Notes under the pieces: model-generated
Told to the model about the DNA's origin: nothing
Seen by the model: only the letters and a program-made list of their open reading frames with translations
Databases searched by the model: none
NCBI GenBank assembly: GCA_964057225.1
Contig: OZ059899.1
Span: 12,152,001-12,216,000, forward strand
Source of the DNA: Auanema rhodensis
Lineage: Eukaryota; Animalia; Nematoda
Direction: 5' to 3'
Length of the DNA stretch: 64,000 nucleotides
Part shown: positions 1 through 21,440 of the stretch, in pieces
Layout of the letters: each line of letters begins with the position of its first letter
How positions within the stretch are numbered: the first letter of the stretch is position 1
Program-made: the position numbers and the translations under genes

Positions 1-94
1 AATTAAAAACTATCTAAGCACTCTTTGAAGAATAACGATATTATTTTGCAGGTGTAATCACATTGGGTGGCTTGTGGAGCAATGTAGATATCTG

Positions 95-1290
95 CTAGGC
101 TGTTGTACATAAAGGGCTGGACGAGCGATATTCAGCTTGATTTGCTAGCAAATCGCGAATTCCATACTTCTCTTTAAGTATTTCCCTTACATCGCGCCTC
201 TGAACGAAATGTTCTGTTTAAAATATTATAACGGTAATACTTACTTCATTCGGAATGCTTTCTAACAGAGGAAGAAGTTTGAGAAGTTCAGTGTCATCTT
301 TTTCTTGGAACCAACTTTCAATAGGTATTCCATTATCTATTTGGTAAGCGAACGATTGAGGAGCGTTGTCAATGATGACGGTTCTGCTCAAATCCCTTCC
401 CAGAATTGATAAATCTTTAATATAATTGCCATAGACATAAACACAGTGTTCACGGAATAGTCTATGCCTAACAAGTCTCTTTTTGGGATCTAGTAAATTC
501 TGAAAAAAAAAGAAACTTATTTTATGTATCTTATAATATCCCATACCATCAATTTGTCAGCATATATTCTCTTACTTGCCGTGAACAATATTATCTCGTA
601 TTTTTCAGCCAGACGTTCCAAGAAAGTATGCAAATGAGGTCTTATTCGTACATATACCTTTAAGATATTGATTTTTTAAAGTTTCCTTAACTTAATAGTT
701 TACTTGGTATGTGTTGTTTTGAAAATGTACAGGAAAAACTATTGAGGCATCAGGCAAAGGGTTCAGACTGCAGTGAACCAATGTTTCATCCTGTATTTCA
801 AAAAATATGTGTGCATATGGAGAAAAAATAACTTACCAAATCAAGTACTAAGCTAAATTCCGGGGTTGATCTTGTTCGGAGTGGTAAGGCTGGACATTGA
901 TACCTCAATCGCCCCAGGGGGCATACGTTAGAAAGCATGATAACACTGTAAAATATGTATTAAAATGCTTGTTTACATCATTTTTATTTTTGGGAATAAT
1001 TTATATAGTTTCTTTATAACTTGAAATTATTTTATGTATGTTCGTCTGTTGAAATTAAAAAGATTGTCCGAACTAATACAAACGAGAAAGTAAAGCTGTT
1101 GGCAGTTAGCCAAGGGCAAACTACAGTAATCAAATAAATTAATATGTGAGGATAATTGAAAAAATCGATAAACTTACAGTTCATAGTCGAATGGACCTGG
1201 TCCTTGATGTTCGCCTACTTGAGATTCGTCGATCTTCTTGTCCTTTCCTTGCCATATCAGTATTCCGTCGTCACTCAGCTTGCGCTTCAT
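95..1290 (-). CDS. CTDSPL2: CTD small phosphatase-like 2 (CTDSPL2/SCP4, scpl-3-like), HAD-family FCP1 domain
   Basis: Spliced exons ~1290-1178, ~946-837, ~791-705, 657-~547, 499-245 and 199-95 give MKRKLSDD...[19 protein letters not shown]|DETLVHCSL...VYVRIRPH...[12 protein letters not shown]...RHRLFREHC...[14 protein letters not shown]...[21 protein letters not shown]. This includes the DLDET catalytic motif. The start codon is uncertain (see finding). Confidence 0.9.
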
Positions 1291-2804
1291 CCGCCGGCTG
1301 ACCGCTCGATCGATAAGTTCACTTGGTGTGTTGGCGTGTTGCCCAGACAAACTCCCGCCTCTCTCTGCGTCTCTGATCGTACTCTAGCTGTCTAACCACC
1401 ACCCGTCTGGCCAGGCGTAGAGGCGGGGTTGAGCGTTCACTATTGGAGTTATCAATAGGTTGATATCATACAGAAGTACCTTCCGATGAGGTGGTAATAT
1501 TTGAGAATGGAATGTGTGTAAAGTAGTCTGCAACTGTAATAAAACATAGTGCTTGTAAGATATATGTCGAAAATTAAAAAGAAACGAATAGAAAAGAAGA
1601 GCTCGTTGAAAGGGAAACTGTTATTTCAAAAACGGAACTTTGAAGTAATGGAGATATCAAAAATATATTCAAATGAGAAACGTCCAACATGTCACCAAAA
1701 GACAAATTATGAACATACATAGAAATGTGGCACACACGCTGTTTCAGCTGCCGCATGTTTTCAAAGAATGTCGCATCAGAAAGCAGCTAAGCCGGAGGCT
1801 GGGCAACATAACGGCTGCCATAAAAATCGTCCCCAAAATGGCGCTTCTCACGAGATAGATGATATTTAACTATTATCATTAAGGCATTCGTAACAAATTC
1901 ATTGCAATATACGGGATATACTGATTAAGAGTTTAAAAAAATTTCAAAAAATAGAAATATTTATTTCAACAAATTCAATCGTTATTGTGAAAACATCGAA
2001 AGCTGGTTGTAATGCTACCTGTAACATGAATTGGTAGAATTGATAAAATTACATTTAAATTTCATTAATAACACTTAAAGAGAAACACTCTGTAAAATTA
2101 TACAAATAGAAATTATCTTAACAATTTCAACTAGGACTCTTTTTTTTCTACAGTATTTCCTAAGATTGGAGCGTGGAGAGAAACCTCGATTAAGAGAATG
2201 ATTATGATAAATAATTAACTGAATTAATCATTTGTATCTATCTCATTAACTTACCAAAAATTGAAAGATTTCTAGCCATAAACACCAAATAACGAACAAA
2301 ACAGAATCCTCATTGACAAGCTCTGGGAGGGGAGGGGTTCTTATATAGTTATTGTCAATATAGTTGCAATACGTTAACTAAAAATATGATAAAGATTTTC
2401 ATAACATTTATAGTATTCAATGATATTTTAAAAAAAGATCACAAACGGTAAGATTCGAATCCTAGAATAATTTCCTCTTAAACATATAAGAAACAAAATA
2501 AAATTACATTATCTCACTAAAGTAAGATAAAACATATTTTATTTACACTGTGAGAATTTTTTACACAAAATGAGGAACAAAAGACATAAGAGTAACTTCA
2601 GGTCACAATTAGGCTTATGGGGTCAAGCACACATATTATTTCCAACGACAATAATAATTACGTAACTGCCAAAGGCAAATACGCATTTACCGCATCCCAT
2701 AATAGTGTATTATGCAGCTGATTCAAATTAGCGTCATGTATTAGTGCTTAGAAAGACTTCATTAATTTTAAATTTTGCAGTTTTTTTTCTTATGAAGTAA
2801 CACC

Positions 2805-5569
2805 ATGGTTGAAACAAGAACAAGAAGTGTGTCGAGGGTATGTTTACTTTTCTATTTGTTTTCACTTTGTTCATTGTTTCAGTCGAGAGAGAGAACGAGG
2901 AAACCCGTAATAACACAAGATAATTTGAAAATAAGGTGCGTCTTGTAGTTTTTTTTTCAATTTATTTTTGATTTTTTGTTATAGATTGAGAAAGAGTCAA
3001 ATACTTCGAGCAGTTCCAGTTGAAATTGTTGACAATGTATGTATTTGACTGTTTTGCTTATCTGTGATTTTCTTTGTAGGAACCTCCAAAAAAAATGAAG
3101 AAAAAAGAAGAGAAGTCTCCCTCACGTTCTCTGCGGAAATCTCGGTTAGAGTTTGAGGATGAAGAACCGGAGGTACTGAAAAAGACTCCCACACGCTCTG
3201 CTCCAAAAGCTCAAATCGAATCTAAAACTAAGGAAACCGAAAGGAGAACTCCTGCACGATCTGTACAATGCGTCCAAGAGCCCGAGAAAAGAACCCCCAC
3301 CCGCTCATCTCAGCGAGTTTCTCGGGAATCAAAAGTTAAAAGTGCAGAAAGAAAAACTCCAACCAGGTCTGCTCCGAGATCTAGGCATCAGTTAGAAATA
3401 GAAGAGCCTGAAAAAGGAACACCTACTCGCTTGGATTCAAGAACAAGGGCTCCATCCAAAGCAAGGGAATCAGAGAGAAGAACGCCTACTCGTTCAGCTG
3501 CAAGAACAACGAACACTTCCAAAGGAAGGGAACCAGAGAGAAGAACGCCTACTCGTTCGGCTTCAAGAACAAGGGCCACCTCCAAAGCAAGGGAACCAGA
3601 GAGAAGAACGCCTACTCGTTCAGTACAAAATTCTCGACATCTATTAGAAATTGAAGATACCGAAGCAAACTCCCATACGCGGTCGTCGCAAAGAACTCGC
3701 CCTGAATTAAAAAATGATGAAGCCGACAAGACACGTTCTGTAAGAAAAGCTCAAAAGAGATCGAGTGATGTCAGAAGTGACTGTAAAACTCCAACACGAT
3801 CTCAATGTCGTGTACAGGAAAACTCGAAGTCAAGTTCCAAGAAAGCTCTTCTTAGCAATAAAAAAGCAAATAATGGCATAAAAGAAAGTAAGGATCGTAC
3901 ACCTATTGCAAAACTGAGGTAAATGTTCAAAGGTTACACTTAAAAGAGTACTTATTATGTTTCCAGAGTCAGGAAAAGTTTAATTGCACGAACAAAACCA
4001 GTGCCTGTAAAGTTCGAGAGTGATGGTGACGAAGACGAAGACGAGAGTAGTGATAGTGATAGTCAAAGTGACCAAGATGACAGCGAAGAGGAATTCAGTG
4101 AAGAATTGGGAGAGATTGATTCAGACAGGGTTCCTCTCAAATTAGGTTTGTCGACTTTTGTTAAATTTTTAATCCTTCTAAGTTTTAGACCATACTGTGA
4201 AACCGTTGAAAAACAGGGAAAATGAGTTCCAAAGTTTGAAAGATTGGATTTCTTCATCTCTCATGACCAAAATTCCGTTGTCTGTGTATATAAGTGGACC
4301 TCCTGGAACAGGTATGATTTTGATATTTTCAAAGATATGACTACAATCTTTATTTCAGGAAAAACTGCGACTACAACTTTAGCACTTAAAATTTTTCAGT
4401 ACTGCAGTATCTCTGCCCACGTCAATTGTGTAACTACTAAAAATCAAAAGGATCTCATTAAATCTATTTTACTAGCATGCGACGTAAAACTAAATTTATT
4501 ATTATGATTAGTTTATTTAATTATTTTTCAGTCTGACGAAGACAATAGTGTAGCTGGTCTATCTAGTTGTCTCAAGTCTTTAAATAAACCCCTTATACTT
4601 ATCCTCGATGAAGTTGATCACTTATCAACTACCTCAAATAGTGTTCTTTATTCTGCATTCAAATGGCCTTTCGAAATATCTTCGAATCTTATCATAATTG
4701 GTATGCTTCATTTAATCGTGATTGACTAAACATTGCTCTTCTTAAGGTATTGCTAACTCTATTGATTTAACAGAAAGAGTTTTGCCAAAACTTAAATTAG
4801 TACAAACTCCAAAGCGTCTTTTATTTACTCCATATTCACAAGAAAATATAGCATCTATTCTCCAAGATAAAATGAAGAATGATGAGGTTTATTTCCTTTA
4901 CATTTGCTTTTGCTTAACTTTTCAATTCCAGAATAAGCTTGATTCCAAGGCTATTGAATTATGTGCGAGAAAAGTTGCAGCCATGTCTGGTGATCTCCGT
5001 ACCGCATTACTAGTATTTAAGCAGTCAAAGTAACGTTTCTGAGTTGAACAATTTATATTATTCTAGTATTGCAGAAACAAAATGGCAATAAATGCTATGT
5101 CTGGAACTGGTGCTCCTAGTAGTGGTGTACGTGAAGTTCTTGGTGTCCTTGGAAACGTATACTCTTCTCCTATCAGTAAAGCAAAACTTCCATTACAATC
5201 TGAGCTTTTACTAGCTGTTTGTTTGACTATGTCAACGAACAATAAGGTATTTCTTAATTTTTTTAAGATGAAAAGACTAATTACATTTTTAGACTCCGTT
5301 AACAGTCAATGGGTTGTTCAAATCTTATTCGAAAGCATGTGAACTAACTAACATTCCGGAATTGGACAGTGATGATCTAAATACTGCTTTTCAAACTCTG
5401 GAAAGTCAGTCTTTTATTACTGTGGCTAAAAATGGTCAAATTCGTCTGCAGGTTTCATATGCAATTTATGATAAACATACGGAAGTATTTTTAGGTTGAC
5501 GCAAAAACCGCACGGGGTGCAATTTCAAGTAATGGAATGATTGAACAAGTGAAACATATTCGTGTATAA
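2805..5569 (+). CDS. cdc-6: Cell division control protein 6 (AAA+ replication licensing factor)
   Basis: ATG at 2805 follows a ttttgcag acceptor. The multi-exon frame contains Walker A VYISGPPGT|GKT, Walker B ILDEVDHL, IGIANSIDLTERVLPKL, FTPYSQENI and the CDC6 hallmark ELCARKVAAMSGDLR. Stop TAA at 5567-5569. Confidence 0.92.
3439..3627 (+). repeat. Three-copy 63-bp coding tandem repeat (21 aa, RTRAPSKARESERRTPTRSAA-like) in the cdc-6 N-terminus
   Basis: Near-identical aagaacaa...gagagaagaacgcctactcgttc units recur with a 63-nt period. Confidence 0.9.
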
Positions 5570-5765
5570 TACTTACTAAAAACTTTTTATTTTAATTTGT
5601 ATTATCGCGGGTATATTGATATGTTTGATAACGAATTATAAATTTGATTTTTCCTTTAATGTTGTATTTTTTCGAAATGGCGGTTCAGTTTCCGTTATAT
5701 TTACTTTATATTTTTTAAAATAATTTTTCGTGATTAATTTTTTTTTCTTAATTTAGTCTTCAAGT

Positions 5766-6444
5766 ATGCGTCCATTAACAGACGAAGAAACCGAATTAGT
5801 TTTCGCCAAATTAGCTCATTTTATTGGAGATAATGTTGCTCTTCTTCTTGAGAGATCAGACGGTGATTACTGCTTTAGGAACCATAAGGTTGGTTTTGCT
5901 GTTTTCAAAAGTATCGCAAATTCTATTCTTCAGGAAAGAGTGTACTATTGCTCAGAAAATTTGATGAAACAAGCTAGTTGTATTGCTAGAGAGCCATTGC
6001 TATCTTTCGGAACTTGTCTAGGAAAATTTACTAAAACTAAGAAATTCCACTTACACATTACAGCTTTGGATTACTTAGCACCCTACGCCAAGGTTTACTT
6101 CAGACTTCGTTTTTATTTAATTATTGAATTTCTTTCAGAATCGTGTTTGGTTGAAGCCAAATGCTGAGCAACAATTTTTATATGGAAATAATATCTTGAA
6201 GTCTGGAATTGGACGCATGAGTGAGGGTACTCCCAGCCATATTGGAATCGTTGTATACAGTTTAAATGATACACCACTCGGGTTAGCATACAGTGAAATA
6301 ATTATTTTAGTATTCTAAAATTTCAGATTTGGTGTTTCTGCTAAGAGCACTGTTGATTGTAAGAAAGCAGATCCAACTGCTATCGTAGTTCTTCATCAAG
6401 CTGATCTTGGTGAATATATTAGAAACGAAAGTAGTTTGACATAG
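5766..6444 (+). CDS. nip7: 60S ribosome biogenesis protein NIP7
   Basis: [21 protein letters not shown]...[26 protein letters not shown]|...[24 protein letters not shown]...[17 protein letters not shown]. Four exons with GT-AG introns. Confidence 0.95.
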
Positions 6445-6550
6445 ACCTTTGAATTTGTTTTTCTTGTTGCTTGTTTTTTGTTTGTTGTTATGTTCTATTG
6501 TTCTACATATTAAACAATAAAAATTTATACAAAATCTGTAGATAAACTTC

Positions 6551-16317
<9,767 letters not shown>

Positions 16318-16744
16318 CTCTACGATACATACACTGCAAGAATGTGTCTGCTTATACGAATTTGACATAATGAATAGGTAGGAGCAGATATAAACGATTG
16401 GCAATTTGTTTAGAATTAGATATATAATTCTAAACAAATTACGGAATTTCTTGTATTTTATGTGATTCTAATAGCTTTTTAGAATAGAGAATACGTTAAT
16501 TCTTCAATAATTATCATTTAAACCTTAGTTCAATTCAATAATTAAAGGAGAGAAGGAACATATAATGCGAATTTCTATATAATTACATCAAAAACTTTGT
16601 TGAAACATCTATCTTCAACATACAATTTATCAAAAATTGAATTAAATTCATAAAAAAAACTTACATTACGAAAAGAACTAAGTAAAACTGAATTTTGGCA
16701 GGAATAAAAGTTTGTATATGAGTGTTAGTCTTGGGCTATAGTAG

Positions 16745-16830
16745 AGGCGGCTGAGCTGGTCCGCCCCCAGGTGGACAAGCTCCTTCCGGCCATTCAGAAG
16801 TGGTCAAACAACTGAGTTGGCAGGTGGCCA
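16745..16830. promoter_or_regulatory. GC-rich upstream element of trp-4 (two CAGGTG E-boxes, ETS core, hairpin)
   Basis: CAGGTG at 16768 and 16821, CCGGAAG on the - strand near 16783-16789, and an inverted repeat at 16753-16782, all in otherwise AT-rich DNA ~450 bp upstream of the predicted ATG. Confidence 0.35.
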
Positions 16831-18147
16831 GTATCTAGAAAGTACATGGAATAACGTCAGAACATTTTTATGTTTCCTTTGTTCTTTGATAAAGCTGATT
16901 ATTCAATCAACTTCGGCTCATTATGTCAAATTTTTTTCTTTTAAACCTACAGTAATCATCGATATATCTTGACTGTTTATTTATTTTCTGAGATAGATTT
17001 TGAATTTTTCATTTTGAGAAAACTTTTTTGATTTTTTAGTTCAAACTATTGCTTCTGGAAAGATTAAAAATCTGAATCTTCTTTAACAATATTGAAAACT
17101 TCTTGAAATAATCTTAAAGGTGGTGAGCATTCCATGAAATATGATTTTTATTTTGAAAAAATTGACCTCTTCCCCTGAATGAGAAGTCAACATGATCGTT
17201 AATTCAGAAATACATTTAAGAGATTGATATTTTATTCTTAAACAGATACTATTTTGATATTGCACTATATACATTGCATTTTTACATTGGCACTCCACCT
17301 GCTCTTTGCCGACCTTTAATTTTTCCTGTGCTTTCATCCGTAATAGAACGGAACAAAACTCAGTCGATACCTTTGCTACATAGAATACTAGTTCAAGAGT
17401 TGAGTGGAACTGAAAATAACTGGCTCTATACTAGAGAGATATTTGAAATAAACCAACAGACAAGCAGATATACATACATCTAGACGACATTATGATTCTT
17501 AAGGCATATTATGCTCTGATGTTGTGCAACGTAAAAGAATTAAGAAAACGAATAAATACAGAAAGGAAAGTTCATTATTCTCTAAAAATTATTATAAAAG
17601 AGAAGAAGAAGAAGAAGAAAGGAAACATGTTAGTAATATAACAATTAGAGTTAAAATTTCTATACAATGATACGGTTTATGTTATATGTATGTATGTAAT
17701 GGATGGGATAAATTTTACAAATAAAATGACCCCTGATATTTAGAAATAATCACAATTAGAAACGAAACAGGTACACTAGAATTTGAAATCCGTAAAAAAA
17801 ACAATAGCCGTATCTAAACAAGGAAATGACAAGGTTGAAGAAGTTATGTATAAAGGTAACTGAAAAGACTTTGATGTGTTTGCTAAAGGCAATTTCTAGG
17901 CTTCCCGTATGCTTATACGGATGAAATATCATGGATTTTCTAGAATGTTAAGGCGAATTTCTATAAAGGTTGATAGCTTTAAATAACCGAGAAAGAATTA
18001 TGGCAAACTAGTCTGAGTACAATTAATCACAGCACATTGAAGTTGAGTATCAAAAGGTTTCAATAGAAACTATTCCTGGTTATTAGGGTCTTTATATATA
18101 GATATAGAGGTCTACATATACTCGGCAAAAATTATAAAACATAAGCG

Positions 18148-19784
18148 CTAAGTAGAGAGAACCTGACTTAGCCTTTGAATTAGTGATGGATCTACTGAGG
18201 CAAGGTCTAAATCAAAAGATATTGATGACTTCGATGGTAACAACGTAGTCCCTTGCTGTGACAGTAAGATCGACGCAACTCTGGAAATGAGGGGAAATGT
18301 CGTGTTCAATGGTATCTTAATTGAATATTCAAAGACTTACTTGAATATTTGATCTTCACTAGTTAATGATAATATTTTTTTCTGCATTTCTTCAGCTGAT
18401 AAAATTCTATTTGGAGAGCTATACAATGAGTTTGCAGTGTCATTTGAGGAACTAGACATCGATGAAGAAGGCGAGCTTGATTCCTAACACAACAAAAATA
18501 ATATAAACGAGAAAAATTGGAAATTACCGAAGAATCTGAGAGTCGTACTCTGGCTTCAATTCGTGGAGAATTAGACATTTGAGGCTTTGACAAACTAGAC
18601 TGGTTCTTAACCAACAATGATACGCCATTAGGTGAAAGTTTCTTTTCTTCTTTTTCAGGCTTTTGCTGTTCCTTTGAGTTTTCACTCTTTTTATCATCTT
18701 TCACAACCTTAATCAAGACAAATTAATCTAAAGCAAAATGTATTTACACTTACGGTTTTTGGCGATCGTGCATTTAACGGTTTCTTATCCTGAAGCTTGT
18801 AGAACTCGAACTCTTTAAGGAGTTTATCTTTTCTTTCTTTAGGTTCCTTTTCTTTATGTTCTTTTTCCTTGGGTTCTTTCTCTTTAGCTTCACGTTCTTT
18901 GAAATCCTTCTTCTCCTTGTCCCGATCACGGTCCCGCTGATCAGAGCGATCTTTGTCAGATGGCTCACGGTCTTTAGCTTCACGATCCCGATCCTTCTCT
19001 CTGTTATCACGATCCTTATAGTCCCTAGGCCTGGGCTTCAACTTATTCTTGTCACTTTTTTTATCTTTTTTATCTTTTGAATCCCTTGATGGTTCTTGCT
19101 CACCAGAAGATTTTGCAAAACTAAAATTAAAAAAAACTAAATCAAAAAAAATATTTAAGAGAAACTCACTCTTCAACTCTCATCTTCTTATAAGGTAAAG
19201 CATCCTTTCCGGTAGAATCTCTTTTCTTCTTCCCAGCTAATGCTCCATGACGTTTAATAATATCAATGAAAGAAGTCGGAACATCTTTCAGTTCAAACAT
19301 AACTTCTTGTTGGTTATAACCATTTTGGTCTGTAAATATAAACGTGCTTACATATAAAAAAAAAGATAAGTACCTAATACTATTACCATATCGTAGTCAT
19401 ATTTGATGGGTTTTCCACCGCTATAGTTGAAGTGAATGGCAAGATGTACAACAAAAGATGAATGACCAGTTTCAGAAACCTCAAACGGTGGTTCCCTCAC
19501 CGTTTTCATAGGATTAGGAAAAGTTTCATGTAGACGAAATGTAACCTGTAGTAAGAACAGGATTCAACTTATTTCAATTTGTTGACTCACCTTATTGATA
19601 AAACTTCGATCAGTCAAATTTTCAGCTGCTTTCACGAAAACTGTCCATTTGAAGAGATGTCCATCAGGGTTAGGATTTTGAAGTAGAGAAGATTTGTGTC
19701 CGACGATTACCTGTTATCACAAGTTTCAATTGAATCAATCGATTGCAAACTAACCTTGACAAGAACACGTTCACCTCCTCCCAT
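18148..19784 (-). CDS. MLLT3: ENL/AF9 (MLLT1/MLLT3)-family YEATS-domain transcription elongation factor
   Basis: N-terminal YEATS domain MGGGERVLVK|VIVGH...KWTVFV...FINK|VTFRLHETFPNP...EPPFEVSETG; K/E/D/R-rich middle; C-terminal AHD-like ISFDLDLASVDPSLIQRLSQVLST*. Confidence 0.85.
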
Positions 19785-20746
19785 ATTCTATTCTCTACAT
19801 TAACTCTGAAAGAAAACATGTCGTTTCTTGAAAAAGTGCATAGCAATTAGAAATATGACTACATGCAAATGATTAATTAAGTAAAATTATTATTAATTGT
19901 AATTAATTAGGGCTGGAAGACAAGCTGAAGAGGAAGTGGTTCAGGTTGCGTCGCGAACTTGAACGCTCGCTGTCAATAGAGCACACTTTCACTATGATAA
20001 TCTGATTACGGTAAAATAATGTTTCCATAAATAGAATGTCTAGTTTTTTATACATTTTATCCATTTAAAAGCTATAACTACAACGTTTAAAATCGTATAG
20101 TTTCGTTTGCACATATTGAGATGATACGTTTAGATTATTGATTATGACACTCAAAAAATGGAAGATTGATAAAGAAAATTGGCAGAAAACTTTAAAGCAG
20201 ATGGCAACATAAGCCTTTTCAGTCTGCAGTGAAATATCTGCAAAGAAACTGATAAAGAAGGACAGTTCTTTTCTCACGCAACGCATGAATCACGCGCGGC
20301 GGCTAGCCATACAGTATCTGCGAGACGTACATCTTCATCCCATATGTGAAGAATGTTCCTTTTCGTCTGTGTTTTGAAGAGAGGAAATAGAAGAAAAACG
20401 AAGAAAATCCATTTATAACTGATTATGAAATAGAAAATATACAATGGGGAATGTATTATATGGGCGGAGTGTAACCAATACTGGTCGATTGTTAGACTCA
20501 TTGCAGACGACTTTCACGAAATGATCTTTGAAAGTACATCAAATAAATACCATTCGGGTTTATAATCTTTAAATACATTTATTCGTCCACTTTTAGAATT
20601 AGATATATCATTTGGAAATTTTATTTACAAATATGTACAAAAGGTGTGGAGTTTTAACAACAAAAAAAAGAAAAGAATTGAAAGAATTAACTATTAGAAT
20701 ATATTTATTCTATAAAAACAAATCATAGCTGATAGAGTATAGTATA

Positions 20747-21159
20747 CTAACAACCATGGTGATGATGATATCCATGATGTTCATGATGATGATGATGATG
20801 GTGGAATGGTTCAGTCATATGATGAACAGCTAAAATATTAATTATATGTTGATGATAATTAATCAAATTTACCATGAGAAATCGAATGGGCCATATGATG
20901 AATGGGATTGTGATGATGATGGCTATGGTGTTCATGATGGTGGTGACGATGCTCATAACCATGCTCATGATGGTGGTGATGATGCTCATACATTGGCTAT
21001 AAATAGATTCCAAAATAAGTAATTGATAATAGAAAATTAGAAGAATATTAATAAAAATTTTGTGAAAAAAAATCAAATAAGATGAAAGAAAGTGAAAGTA
21101 CAAACCTGTGGGTAAGCTCCGTGCCCAATGTATCCGGTATTGTATGGGTTATAGGCCAT
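20747..21159 (-). CDS. Small histidine-rich protein (86 aa, 38 His), putative metal-binding
   Basis: Three phase-consistent exons (21159-21106, ~20996-20873, ~20829-20747) give MAYNPYNTGYIGHGAYPQ|PMYEHHHHHHEHGYEHRHHHHEHHSHHHHNPIHHMAHSISH|AVHHMTEPFHHHHHHHEHHGYHHHHGC*. CAT and CAC codons are mixed, and a TATA box lies upstream. Confidence 0.8.
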
Positions 21160-21259
21160 AGCTATTGAATTTCAATATATAATATATAATTAGGAAGGAA
21201 ATTAGTTGCTCAAGCTGAATGCTCAACTCAACAGTGACGACTGATGTCTGGATGAGTCT

Positions 21260-21440
21260 TATATAGCGGAGACGATCCCCTTATCAAATGAAATACGTCA
21301 TATCGATAGTTTAAGCTTCACAATAAGGCGGTAAGATGAGTCAATGTCAATATTGCTCAATCGCCCACTTTCACACCGATAACTAAGAACAAGAGAAACA
21401 TCTACACTTCGATAAATGCTCAGCACTTGTGATAGATAAC
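21260..21440 (-). promoter_or_regulatory. TATA box plus GATA-site cluster upstream of the His-rich gene
   Basis: CTATATAAG on the - strand near 21260-21268, TGATAA at 21281-21286 (- strand), and further GATAA/GATAG sites at ~21379, 21411 and 21430-21439. Confidence 0.55.

Noticed and set aside
1384-1386. Programmed readthrough of the CTDSPL2 leader TAG
   Set aside because: The downstream context (TAG AGT) does not match known readthrough signals; kept only as a minor alternative.
1739-1746. CTGTTTCA piRNA (Ruby) motif, also near 15669 and 28693
   Set aside because: Isolated hits at about chance frequency; one lies in coding sequence and there is no cluster.
3388-3729. Antisense ORF with repeated ERVGVLL
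   Set aside because: Shadow of the cdc-6 coding repeat.
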